DNA of 64,000 nucleotides, taken from positions 256,001-320,000 of the forward strand of contig OY970280.1 of NCBI GenBank assembly GCA_963715865.1, written 5' to 3'. Under the pieces are notes generated by a model, which had not been told where the DNA came from, ran no database searches, and saw only the letters and a list, made by a program, of their open reading frames with translations. Both the position numbers and the translations under genes were made by a program. Of this stretch, positions 1 to 9,943 are shown one piece after another. This DNA is from Candidatus Bathyarchaeota archaeon. GTDB lineage: Archaea > Thermoproteota > Bathyarchaeia > Bathyarchaeales > Bathycorpusculaceae. How positions within the stretch are numbered: position 1 is the stretch's first letter; the number at the start of each line of letters is the position of its first letter.

Positions 1-151
1 TTTAGTCTGTTGATTTTTTAGTCAAGCCCTAGCGTCAAAAGTATGATTACGTTTCCGTCTCCTTAATTTAGTGTTCTTTATCTGAGAAGTTTCGCTTGTA
101 AAGCTAACCTCAGATTTTCCGTCCATAAAGTTAAAGAGAACAAACTCCGAA

Positions 152-484
152 ATGAATACTGAAAGCAGTCTCAAGGAAATTGAGAGCATGCAAAGGTCAC
201 TGGAAAATTTAAGGCAGGAGCTTCAAATCTTGAAGCCTACGCTTAAGAAACGCTTTAAAGTTGAAACCATAGACATTTTCGGCTCGTATGCCCGTGGAGA
301 ACAGACAGAAAAAAGCGACTTGGACCTCCTCGTAACGTGGTCTATTCCAGAAGACTTATTCTTGATATACGATTTACGGCAGTACCTAAAAAGAAAACTC
401 CATTTGAAAGTGGATATTATAGCTAAAGAATTCCTCAATAAACATATAAAAGAACAGGTAATAGAGGAAGCTGTTCCAGTGTGA
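152..484 (+). CDS. mntA: Minimal nucleotidyltransferase (MNT) antitoxin
   Basis: GSYARGEQTEKSDLDLLV = GSx10DxD motif; 4-nt GTGA overlap with the downstream HEPN gene. Confidence 0.9.
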   Translation: MNTESSLKEIESMQRSLENLRQELQILKPTLKKRFKVETIDIFGSYARGEQTEKSDLDLLVTWSIPEDLFLIYDLRQYLKRKLHLKVDIIAKEFLNKHIKEQVIEEAVPV

Positions 485-849
485 AGAGAGATCATCTAGA
501 AAGAGACCCCAAACTCTACTTATCAGAAATCACAGAGTTTATCCAAAGGATTAAAGAATACACCCAAGGGATGACCTACGAGGATTTCCTTAAAAACAGA
601 CAGACAATTGACGCTGTAGATACAAACGTGCGAAATATAGGTGAGGCAGTTCGTGTCCTCTCAAAAAACAGACAAATCCGCAATCTATTTTACCACTACC
701 ACATCCCATTCAAAAAACTCTCGGGCATGAGAACAGACCTTACCCACGAATATTTTGCCATGAGCACTAGGGCATTGTGGATTACTGCTACACGCGACTT
801 AATCAACCTCAAGCTTCAATTCGAAAAAGTCTTACAAGAACTGCAATAA
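481..849 (+). CDS. hepT: HEPN (DUF86) RNase toxin of an MNT-HEPN pair
   Basis: RDPKLYLSEI N-terminus, NIGEAV, RTDLTHEY (Rx4H plus Tyr); coupled to MNT. Confidence 0.88.
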   Translation: MKRDHLERDPKLYLSEITEFIQRIKEYTQGMTYEDFLKNRQTIDAVDTNVRNIGEAVRVLSKNRQIRNLFYHYHIPFKKLSGMRTDLTHEYFAMSTRALWITATRDLINLKLQFEKVLQELQ

Positions 850-987
850 GCAACTTTACACGACAACAGGAAACAGGTGACACGGTTTGTATTCCACCGA
901 GACGCTTAGATAAAATGTGTAACGTTAGAAAGTTGACTTTACATAAAGGAAAACTCTTAATAGCCTATGAACTTAATCACAAGTTTC

Positions 988-3870
988 ATGAGCCAAACCA
1001 AGCAAATCGAGCAGAAATGGCAAGCCAAATGGGAAGCCGCCCACATTTTTGAGGCTGACCCAGACCCGAAAAGAAAGAAAATAATGGTAACTTTCCCATA
1101 CCCATACATGAATGGCCCATTACATGTTGGGCACACTTTTACAGCTTCGCGGGTTGACGCTTACGCTAGGTTCAAGCGGATGCAAGGTTACAATGTGCTT
1201 TGGCCTTGGGCTTGGCATTGGACTGGCCAACCGCTTCTAGGAGCCAGCCAGCGCGTAGCGAGAGGTGACGAAGCTTACATTCGAGTTCTCAGAGAAGTTG
1301 ACGACGTTCCAGAATCGGAACTTAAGAAATTCATTGATCCCTTATACATGGCTCAATATTACACTAATGAGGGGCGCTTAGCCGTTAAAAGCATAGGTTT
1401 CTCAGTGGACTGGCGAAGAGAATTCACCACTGTAATGCCGACTTACCAGAAATTTATCGAATGGCAATACAAAAACCTCAAAGAAAAAGGCTACGTCACA
1501 CGGGGAACGCACCCAGTGGTGTGGTGTCCAAAAGACCAAAGCCCAACAGGAGACCATGACCGCCAAGTAGGCGAAGGCGTCACCCCGGAAGAATACACAC
1601 TAATCAAATACAAGCTGGATGAGCACACGTTTTTGCCAGCGGCAACTTTCCGCCCAGAAACAATCTACGGCATAACAAACATGTGGATAAACCCTGACGC
1701 TACCTATGTTGAAGCAACCGTCAACGGAGAAAACTGGATAATCAGCCAAGAAGCCGCTGAGAAACTCAAAGAGCAAGAAAAGAAAGTACAAGTCAAACGC
1801 TCGTTTAAAGGCAAGGAACTTATTGGCAAAATTTTTGAAAACCCTCTTACGAAAGGCAAGTTTCCAATTTTGCCAGGCTGGTTCGTTGACCCAAAAACAG
1901 CTACAGGCGTCGTTTACAGCGTACCCGCCCATGCACCGTACGATTGGTTAGCGCTTAAGGATTTGCAAGAAAAGCCTGAGGTTCTCAAGGATTTTGGCAT
2001 TGATCCAGAAGCCGTTAAGCGGATTAAGCCTATCTCCATCATTAAAGTCGATGGATTCGGCGAGTACCCAGCAGTTGAAATAGTTGAACAAATGGGCATC
2101 AAAGACCAGCATGACCCCAAAGCGGATGAAGCAACAAAGGCATTATACAAGAAAGAATTCCACAGCGGAATCCTAAAGCAGAATTGCGGACCGTACACTG
2201 GAAAAACCGTTCGAGAAGTTAAAGACACGCTTATTGCAGATTTCCGTAAGCTCGGCGTTGCCGACAGCATGTACGATTTGCCAGAGCAGGTGGTTTGCCG
2301 ATGCATGACCCAGTGCATAGTAAAGATACTTTCAGATCAGTGGTTCCTTGATTATTCTGACCAGCAGTGGAAGGCGAAAGCTAAAGAAGTAGTGGCTCAA
2401 ATGGCGATTTACCCTGACTCAGCCAAGCAATGGTTCAACGTTGTTATTGACTGGCTTAAAGAGTGGGCTTGCGCCAGAACCACAGGTTTCGGAACCCCAT
2501 TGCCCTGGGGAAAAGGCTGGATAATCGAGACGCTAAGCGATTCCACAATTTATATGGCATTTTACACCATAAACAAGCACATAAAACAAAGCGGAATTAA
2601 GCCTGAAGCGTTAAAGCCTGAAGTATTCGATTACATTTTCTACGGCAAAGGCAACCCTGCCGAACTCGAAAAAGCAGTTGGAATAAACGTTGATTTACTA
2701 GATGCAATGCGAGAGGAATTCTTGTACTGGTACCCCTTTGACCTTAGAAACTCAGCCAAAGAACTAGTGCCAAACCATTTGACCTTCTGCATCTTCCACC
2801 ACGCTGTCCTGTTTCCACCCGAACACTGGCCCAAAGCCATAGGCGTAAACGGCATGCTGATGGTTGAAGGAAAACAAATGCACAAGAGCAAAGGCAACTT
2901 CATAACAATGAAAGGCGCCGTTGAAAAGTATGGCGCTGACGCCACTCGCTGCGCGTTGTTACTGGGTGCAGAGGGCATGGATGACCCTGACTGGCGAGCA
3001 GAAAACGTAAGCGACTTGAAAAGCAAGTTTGAAGCACTATCTGGTTTCGCAAGCGGAATAGTCGCTTCTGCCAAAAACCAAGAAGACACGACACTGGAGC
3101 GGTGGCTGCTAAGTAAACTTCAACATCGAATAAAAGAAGTCACAATAAGCCTAGACGAGCTTAAAACTCGAACCGCCTTGCAGATTGCATTGTTTGAAAC
3201 TTGGAATGACCTGCGCTGGTACATCCAACGAAAGGGCAGCAATGATGCTAAAGCGCTGGGTGAAGCGGTGAAAGTTTGGCTTAAAATGCTCGCACCTTTC
3301 GCGCCTTTCCTTTGCGAGGAACTTTGGAGCCAAACTGGCGAGACAGGCTTCATTAGCATTGCTTCTTGGCCCGCGTTTGATGAAGCAAAAGTGGATGTGG
3401 CTGCTGAGGAGCAGGAAAACCTAATAATCGACGTCATGTCAGACACCTCCAATATTCTAAAAGCAATGAAGATTACGCCCAAACGCTTATGCTACTACAC
3501 GGCTGCATCATGGAAGTGGCAGGTGTACCTAAAAGTTTTAGATAAAACCTTAGCTGGAGAAGCAAAAATTAACGAGTTAATGAAAGAATTCGCGGCAGAC
3601 AAGGATTTGAAGCCGCACATGAAGGATATTGCAGGCATGGTTCCCAGAATGATGAAGGCTTTAACTAAACTGCCAAGTGAGAGAAAGGCTAACATGTTAA
3701 AGATTAAAGCTGTGGATGAGAAAGAAATCCTAGCGAGTGCGCTTGGCTTTTTGAAGGAACGCTTCAACGCTGAAGTATCCGTTTACAGCGAAGACGACCA
3801 GAAACGTTATGACCCTAAGCATCGCGCAGTGATGGTTATGCCTTATCAGCCAGCAATTTACATCGAGTAA
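988..3870 (+). CDS. leuS: Leucyl-tRNA synthetase, archaeal type
   Basis: FPYPYMNGPLHVGH (HIGH), QMHKSKGN (KMSKS-like), CP1 editing region; ATG 988 (MSQTKQIEQKW) preferred over 967. Confidence 0.97.
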   Translation: MSQTKQIEQKWQAKWEAAHIFEADPDPKRKKIMVTFPYPYMNGPLHVGHTFTASRVDAYARFKRMQGYNVLWPWAWHWTGQPLLGASQRVARGDEAYIRVLREVDDVPESELKKFIDPLYMAQYYTNEGRLAVKSIGFSVDWRREFTTVMPTYQKFIEWQYKNLKEKGYVTRGTHPVVWCPKDQSPTGDHDRQVGEGVTPEEYTLIKYKLDEHTFLPAATFRPETIYGITNMWINPDATYVEATVNGENWIISQEAAEKLKEQEKKVQVKRSFKGKELIGKIFENPLTKGKFPILPGWFVDPKTATGVVYSVPAHAPYDWLALKDLQEKPEVLKDFGIDPEAVKRIKPISIIKVDGFGEYPAVEIVEQMGIKDQHDPKADEATKALYKKEFHSGILKQNCGPYTGKTVREVKDTLIADFRKLGVADSMYDLPEQVVCRCMTQCIVKILSDQWFLDYSDQQWKAKAKEVVAQMAIYPDSAKQWFNVVIDWLKEWACARTTGFGTPLPWGKGWIIETLSDSTIYMAFYTINKHIKQSGIKPEALKPEVFDYIFYGKGNPAELEKAVGINVDLLDAMREEFLYWYPFDLRNSAKELVPNHLTFCIFHHAVLFPPEHWPKAIGVNGMLMVEGKQMHKSKGNFITMKGAVEKYGADATRCALLLGAEGMDDPDWRAENVSDLKSKFEALSGFASGIVASAKNQEDTTLERWLLSKLQHRIKEVTISLDELKTRTALQIALFETWNDLRWYIQRKGSNDAKALGEAVKVWLKMLAPFAPFLCEELWSQTGETGFISIASWPAFDEAKVDVAAEEQENLIIDVMSDTSNILKAMKITPKRLCYYTAASWKWQVYLKVLDKTLAGEAKINELMKEFAADKDLKPHMKDIAGMVPRMMKALTKLPSERKANMLKIKAVDEKEILASALGFLKERFNAEVSVYSEDDQKRYDPKHRAVMVMPYQPAIYIE

Positions 3871-4062
3871 GCTGCCACTTTTCTCTATTTTGCCTAGTTA
3901 ACAATCGAATGTTGACTTTTATTTTGAGTTGATTTCGCAAATTTAGTTAACTTGCTTTCTTTAAAGAAAACCAGACTTGACTTTTTTGCGAATTTTGCTT
4001 TTCAAAAAAACTTTTATTCGTTTTAAAAATACGTTTGCTTAACAAGCAAAAGGTTGCTCGCT

Positions 4063-5250
4063 ATGGATTTTGACCAGAGAGGAATTGCGAAAATTCACGA
4101 TTTCAACATGGACTTCAACACTATGAGCGCTCAGCTTAGAAATTTAGCTCAAGATTATCCCTCAGGCTTAATTATACCCATCATTGAATCTGACTTAAAA
4201 AGCCAAGTGCTAGCGCGAATGGTTAGCGAATTAAACGAGTGCGATTATCTTAAGAAGGTGTTCATTGCTCTTTCGGCTAAGAATCAAGAAAGTTACGAGG
4301 AAGCTGATAGGATATTTGGGAGATTCAAGGTTCCTTGTGATATTATTTGGTGTAATAAGCCTGAAGTTACCTTTGTTCTGGAAGAACTGAAAAAGAAGGG
4401 GCTTGATGTTACTGGTTTATCGGGGAAGGGCAAAGATTTATGGATTGCTATGGGCATCGCTTCGCTGGAACTTCATGCTTTCGCTGTACACGATGCTGAC
4501 ATTCTATATTACTCGCGGATGTTGCCGACTAAAATGCTCTACCCGGTGGTTGAGCCTAAACTTGATTTTTTCTTCGCCAAAGGTTACTATGCAAGAATAA
4601 ATCTTGAGAGCCGAAAAATGTACGGTCGCATATCACGGCTATTTATGAATCCAATTCTTGAGGCTATGCAGGAGAAACTGCTTCACCAATCAAGGTTTGT
4701 TAGCTACTTGCAGTCGTTTAGTTATCCGTTGTCAGGAGAAATCGCCATTTACAGTGACTTAGCCATGAGGCTTAGAATTCCTTGCGATTGGGGCTTTGAA
4801 GTAGGATTGCTATCTGAACTCTACCGGAACACATCTTATGAGCGTATTTGCGAAGTTGATTTGGGCTTCTACGACCATAAACATAAGGAAGTAATAGCCA
4901 ACGGGTTAGTCAGCACAGCTGAAGACAGCCTAGTTACTCTTCTTAGAACGCTGACGGAAATGGACGGCATTGAAGTCTCTCAGCCTTTCCTCCAAAGCCT
5001 ACAGGTAATGTACCGCAAGATAGCTCAAGACAAAATACGGCAGTACCACGCTGACGCAACATGCAACAATTTGGACTATGACAGGCATCAAGAGGAATGC
5101 AGTGTAGATTCCTTATCTGAAGCCATTATTGCTGCTGGAAAAAAGTATTTGGTAGACCCAGCGAAGACGCAATTGCCTGATTGGTTGCGAACAAAGGCAG
5201 CCATGCCTGGCATTAGAGAAAGATTAAGGGAGGCTGTAATTGACGACTAA
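4063..5250 (+). CDS. gpgS: Glucosyl-/mannosyl-3-phosphoglycerate synthase-type glycosyltransferase
   Basis: GKGKDLWIAMG, HDAD (DxD), KGYYARI, GRISRLF, YPLSGE, DWGFEVG, YDHKH; coupled to a HAD phosphatase; donor sugar not determinable. Confidence 0.75.
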   Translation: MDFDQRGIAKIHDFNMDFNTMSAQLRNLAQDYPSGLIIPIIESDLKSQVLARMVSELNECDYLKKVFIALSAKNQESYEEADRIFGRFKVPCDIIWCNKPEVTFVLEELKKKGLDVTGLSGKGKDLWIAMGIASLELHAFAVHDADILYYSRMLPTKMLYPVVEPKLDFFFAKGYYARINLESRKMYGRISRLFMNPILEAMQEKLLHQSRFVSYLQSFSYPLSGEIAIYSDLAMRLRIPCDWGFEVGLLSELYRNTSYERICEVDLGFYDHKHKEVIANGLVSTAEDSLVTLLRTLTEMDGIEVSQPFLQSLQVMYRKIAQDKIRQYHADATCNNLDYDRHQEECSVDSLSEAIIAAGKKYLVDPAKTQLPDWLRTKAAMPGIRERLREAVIDD

Positions 5251-6007
5251 AACGGTAGTTTTCGCCGATTTAGACGGCACATTCCTTAATGACAAGTACA
5301 ATTACCAAGATACTAAGCCAATAGTTAGTCAACTTGCAGCTTTAGGTGGGTCAATCGTTTTTTGTAGCAGCAAAACCAGAAGCGAAATTGAAGTCTATCG
5401 TAAAGCAGTAGGCATTAACGAGCCGTTTATCGCTGAGAATGGTGCAGCCATTTTTATCCCCAAAGGCTATTTCCCTTTCGGTTACGCTTGCACCAAAACC
5501 GCACGTTACAACATCATTAGATTAAGTACTTCATATGCCACTTTGAGGGAGAAATTGGCTCAAATAAAGCGGAAAACCGCTTCTAAAATTATTGGTTTTG
5601 GAGATATGACTCTTGGAGAATTAGCCCGTGACGCTGGGTTAACGTTGAAGTTGGCTAAATTAGCTAAAAAACGAGAGCATGATGAGCCATTTCGTATAGT
5701 TGAGGGAAACAAAACAAGTATTCTAAACGCCATAAGAAACGAGGGATTACATTGCATTGAAGGCGGCAGATACTTGCATCTCACAGGAAACACGGATAAA
5801 GGAAAAGCAGTAGCTATCTTGAATAACCTATACTGCCAAATGTTTGGAAAGGTTGATACAGTTGGGATAGGCGATGGACCCAACGACTTGACAATGTTGA
5901 AAGTGGTTGATAGACCATTTTTTATTAAGAAAAAAGCTGGCGTAAACTCAAGTTTTATTGCATGGAAGAGAATCCTGCAGCTCATTGGCAGTAAAGCTAT
6001 TGCCTAA
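5240..6007 (+). CDS. gpgP: HAD-IIB glucosyl/mannosyl-3-phosphoglycerate phosphatase
   Basis: DLDGT motif I, SSKT, ENG, GGRY, DKGKA, GDGPND. Confidence 0.8.
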   Translation: MTTKTVVFADLDGTFLNDKYNYQDTKPIVSQLAALGGSIVFCSSKTRSEIEVYRKAVGINEPFIAENGAAIFIPKGYFPFGYACTKTARYNIIRLSTSYATLREKLAQIKRKTASKIIGFGDMTLGELARDAGLTLKLAKLAKKREHDEPFRIVEGNKTSILNAIRNEGLHCIEGGRYLHLTGNTDKGKAVAILNNLYCQMFGKVDTVGIGDGPNDLTMLKVVDRPFFIKKKAGVNSSFIAWKRILQLIGSKAIA

Positions 6008-6118
6008 TTTTCTCCACCTTTTTGGCAGACAAAGGCACGGCGTCCAGACCTCGAGCAAGCGTCAAAACTTAAAAGGGAACAACATAACATTTAGATTGTT
6101 TAACAGAAGATTCGTGCA

Positions 6119-6418
6119 ATGAAGACGTTAGAGGAAATAAAGGCTCAGTTAGAAGAGCTTAAGCCAATTCTTAAAGAAAGGTTTCAAGTGGAAACCATAG
6201 GGGTATTCGGATCTTATTCCCGTGAAGAACAGAAGAAGAAAAGTGACGTAGACATTCTCGTTACTTTTGTTGAGCCAAATGATATTGACCTTTTGGATTT
6301 CATTGAAATTAAGCAGTTCTTAAGACGAAAACTGAATACGAAAGTTGACTTGGTAACGAAGAACGCCTTAAAGCCCAGAATTAGAGATAAAATTCTTCAA
6401 GAGACGATTTACGTTTGA
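6119..6418 (+). CDS. mntA: Second MNT antitoxin
   Basis: GVFGSYSREEQKKKSDVDILV; KVDLV. Confidence 0.88.
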   Translation: MKTLEEIKAQLEELKPILKERFQVETIGVFGSYSREEQKKKSDVDILVTFVEPNDIDLLDFIEIKQFLRRKLNTKVDLVTKNALKPRIRDKILQETIYV

Positions 6419-6552
6419 CCAGAGACATTAAACTCTACCTCGAAGACATCTCTAACGCCATTAAAGAACGCCATGTTCTTGTTCGGTTATGGTTTAGCCT
6501 TTCCTTCCAGCCATACGTCTCGCATGCTATGATAATTCAGGTTAACTGTTAA
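6415..6552 (+). pseudogene. Truncated HEPN (DUF86) remnant
   Basis: TTG overlapping the MNT stop reads MTRDIKLYLEDISNAIK (DUF86 N-terminus), then unrelated residues and a stop after 45 aa; no Rx4H. Confidence 0.7.
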
Positions 6553-6618
6553 AATTGGTTTTGCCACTCTGGATTGAAATTAAGTTGTAAATAGGCGGTC
6601 AGTTTCAAGTGCTGACGT

Positions 6619-7017
6619 TTAATTGCTTACTTCGGCTGGTTCTTCCCGGTTTTTCATTTTCTCTTCCAGAAGCATCAGCAGTTCCTGAGGCTTCACAGGT
6701 TTAACCAAGTAAGCATCTGCGCCTTCGTCAAGTGCTTTAACGCCGGTTTCTAGGGATGGGAAACCAGTAATCATTATTTTCACGGTGTGCTGAAGTTGCC
6801 TTTTGAGTTTAGCAAGTAAATCTGTGCCATCCATGTCTGGAAGCCTAATGTCAACCAATGCAAAGTCATAATTATGATTTTCAGCTTTTTCCACGGCTTC
6901 TTTTCCAGTTTCCGCAACATCAATTTCATAGCCGCTTTTTTGAAGAATACGCGTGAACGTTCGAAGTATCGACTTGTCATCGTCAACAACAAGTATTGTT
7001 TTCTTTGATGCTGCCAC
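6619..7017 (-). CDS. Stand-alone response regulator receiver protein
   Basis: ILVVDDD, DIRLPDMDG, ITG, YLVKP. Confidence 0.92.
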   Translation of the reverse strand: MAASKKTILVVDDDKSILRTFTRILQKSGYEIDVAETGKEAVEKAENHNYDFALVDIRLPDMDGTDLLAKLKRQLQHTVKIMITGFPSLETGVKALDEGADAYLVKPVKPQELLMLLEEKMKNREEPAEVSN

Positions 7018-7376
7018 TTTAACACACTCCTTTTCTCAATTTGACCGCTGGCTTTCTTCAACCTTCGCTTAAGGTTAGTTATTATAAGGCATCAGCGGCA
7101 TTGCGACGCCAAACCAAACTTGTCGTGATTGATTTGGCAACAAAGACTTACCCTTGACCTTTGGGTAATTCTACAAATGTTTTTCGAGACTAATAAACGC
7201 TATCCCCTTTGAAAACGCTCCAATGTCAACTAATAATTACAAATATGGACAGAGACAAGAAATTTTACATACCTTGGGGTGCACACTTGGAAATTTTTGT
7301 TAGATCTTGTGCGTTAACAATAAAGTTATAAAAAGGAGTAACGTTTGAATAAAGTGCGAAGGTCTGAAAACGATAA

Positions 7377-8831
7377 ATGACCGAACCTGTTTCTTACAAA
7401 ATCACTCCACAAGTACCACCAAGCTACATGCAAAAACTATTCGATTACATATATACTAAATATTTGCTTCCTCAAAAACAGAGATTTACTAATATTTCGC
7501 GCGAAACATCAACCCAAGGCGATTTCCTCTCATATACAATTGTTAATGCACAAGGAAAGCAACTTCTTAAGGTTGAAGTTAAAAGTGGTAATCCTATAGA
7601 ACTTAAACTAACGCCTCTTGATCCAGCAGTTTCACCCAAAGTAATTGAAGAGGCAAAACAGGATATTATAATTTCCACGCAAATATTCAAGGAAAATGCT
7701 AGAAAAGCAACGGTTTATTTTGCATGGAGAGAAGGAGAAGAAATAATTCCAGAAGCATACACAAAACCAGAGAAATCTTTCAACCGTCTCTTCCTTGAAA
7801 CTCAAGTGCTGTTTTTCATTGTCTTCATTGTTTTCGGCATGGCAATTTTCATCTCATTAACAGCCTTTTACCCCCAAGCCTTCTGGATTGCACCTATAGT
7901 TCTCATTGGCATACAGTTTATTTTTGTTTTTTTCTCCAACAATTTCATCGCCAGAACAGCCGACTGGTACATTACAAAAGACAATCCCATCATACATCTC
8001 CTAGAGTATTACTTGCCAATAAGCGAAGAAAACGATTTCAAAAAAAAGTATTCCCGAGACCAACTTTTAGCCATAAAAAAAGAAATTTACGACGAAATAC
8101 TAGCTAAACAAGGCGAAGTTGATCCTGAAGAAGCCCAAAAAATCTTCCTCAAACATGGCGTCCCATGTCAGCTGGAAAATTTGAAGGCTAAAAAAGTTAA
8201 CGTTTACGAGCTTGTAAAAAATATCGCTGACAGATTCCGTTTCCCAATGCCTAAAATTGTTGTTTCAAACACTATGGTTCCAAACGCAGCGACATCAGGG
8301 GCAAGTCCGAGCCGCGGGTTGGTTTTGATAACAACTGGGCTTCTTGTTCAGCTTGATGAAAACGAGATTCTCAGCGTTCTAGGCCACGAATTCGGTCACC
8401 TCAAAGGCAGAGACCCGCTCATCCTGTACGGGTTAGTTTCCGCAGAGTTTCTCTTCAGGTTCTACGTGTTATTTCCACTTTTCCCCTTGATTTTCTCGAC
8501 TTTCCTGTTCTTCGTTTACTTCTGGGCTGTCATGGTGGTAATATTCTTCATTGCAAAATTCTTTGAAGCCCGAGCTGATTTAGTCTCCGCCATTATGGTT
8601 GGGACCCCACAAGTTTTAGCTGGTTCTCTTGAAAAAATCGGTTTCCAGCGGTTGCTATATGAGCGGACGCCTTCATTCCGTGTTCAAGAATGGCTAGGTT
8701 TAGATCCTCATCCGCCCATATATTTTAGAGTGGACCGCTTAGAGAAGCTTTCACCTGAGAAAATAAGGCATCCGTTGCTTCAATCAATTAAAGATGTTAT
8801 TAAAGGATTTATTGCCGCCTTGAAAAGTTAA
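7377..8831 (+). CDS. htpX: HtpX-like M48 membrane zinc metalloprotease with N-terminal extension
   Basis: PNAATSG, GHEFGH (HExxH), EARAD, HPP; several TM helices. Confidence 0.82.
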   Translation: MTEPVSYKITPQVPPSYMQKLFDYIYTKYLLPQKQRFTNISRETSTQGDFLSYTIVNAQGKQLLKVEVKSGNPIELKLTPLDPAVSPKVIEEAKQDIIISTQIFKENARKATVYFAWREGEEIIPEAYTKPEKSFNRLFLETQVLFFIVFIVFGMAIFISLTAFYPQAFWIAPIVLIGIQFIFVFFSNNFIARTADWYITKDNPIIHLLEYYLPISEENDFKKKYSRDQLLAIKKEIYDEILAKQGEVDPEEAQKIFLKHGVPCQLENLKAKKVNVYELVKNIADRFRFPMPKIVVSNTMVPNAATSGASPSRGLVLITTGLLVQLDENEILSVLGHEFGHLKGRDPLILYGLVSAEFLFRFYVLFPLFPLIFSTFLFFVYFWAVMVVIFFIAKFFEARADLVSAIMVGTPQVLAGSLEKIGFQRLLYERTPSFRVQEWLGLDPHPPIYFRVDRLEKLSPEKIRHPLLQSIKDVIKGFIAALKS

Positions 8832-8928
8832 ATTCTTGCTTCTGCTCCCTTTTTGCATTTCTTCGCGAAAGGCTTATCCGTCTGTTTAAGTTCTAATTTA
8901 CAAGTCAATTTCTGGAGATGTTTACATA

Positions 8929-9873
8929 GTGAGCTATTCCGTGCAGTTAATTGGTCCTGAAGAAAAAGACAGCCTCTTCGAAACTTACGTGCCCAGATTG
9001 CTTTATACAAGCAAAGCTGAAATTTACGGTTGCTGCATTAAATTATTAACAGAGTCTGAAGAGACTAGAACTAAATGGGAAGACAACTTTTACACGGCAA
9101 ACGAAAACACTCGGTCTCATGGACGACTTATAGTAATTAATGAGCCAGGTCAACCTTTAAGCGTAAAATATGACCCGTACACTAAGACCGCTTTTTTGGT
9201 TAACGTTGACTACTACGGGTGGATAAAAAGCATCGCCCTTGCAGTCGCCGGCGACGTTTTAGAGGATGAACACAGGATCTACTCCGTACATGGCGCCGCG
9301 ATAGACGTTGGTTGTTTAGGAGTCTCAATAATTGCTCCTTCAGGCACGGGTAAAACAACGCATTCATGGGGCTTATTGCTTACCAAAAATGCTAGGTTAA
9401 TTTCGGATGATTGGTATTTCGTTAGGCTTTCCAGTCAATTGCCATTAGCGTTTGGTTCCGAAAAAAACTGCTACATTGAAGCGGACATAGGCAAAATATG
9501 GAACACGTACGAACAATTAGTTGATAAAGCGCAGTTCGACCAAAGAGGCAGGGCAGTAGTGAATGTACGGTGGATTGTAGGCAGCGGCGGCGTGATTCCG
9601 ATGGCAACATTACAAAAAATAATCCTGTTGAAGAGAGACCCCCAAGACAAGAACATCGTGACCCCCTTGAATGTGAATGAAGCATTGCAGTTCATGTTAG
9701 AGCGCAACTTTTGCAATCCGCACCAACTAGTAAGAGATGATAGAAAAATCGAGCTTAGAAAAAACTTCTTTCGAAGGCTCTTCGAACAAACCGACGTTTA
9801 CCTTGTGAACACAACTGGAACCCCGCAGGCTACGCAAGATGAGATTAGAAGGGTTCTTTCAGTGAAAAAGTAA
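8929..9873 (+). CDS. HPr-kinase/PEPCK-like P-loop protein
   Basis: VHGAAI...APSGTGKTT...LISDDW...FGSEKNCY. Confidence 0.65.
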   Translation: MSYSVQLIGPEEKDSLFETYVPRLLYTSKAEIYGCCIKLLTESEETRTKWEDNFYTANENTRSHGRLIVINEPGQPLSVKYDPYTKTAFLVNVDYYGWIKSIALAVAGDVLEDEHRIYSVHGAAIDVGCLGVSIIAPSGTGKTTHSWGLLLTKNARLISDDWYFVRLSSQLPLAFGSEKNCYIEADIGKIWNTYEQLVDKAQFDQRGRAVVNVRWIVGSGGVIPMATLQKIILLKRDPQDKNIVTPLNVNEALQFMLERNFCNPHQLVRDDRKIELRKNFFRRLFEQTDVYLVNTTGTPQATQDEIRRVLSVKK

Positions 9874-9943
9874 CATTTCAATGCAAAAAAATAATAAAGC
9901 TTCACAACCGAGTTAGCTCTCACTTGAAGGAGGCAAAAACTGT

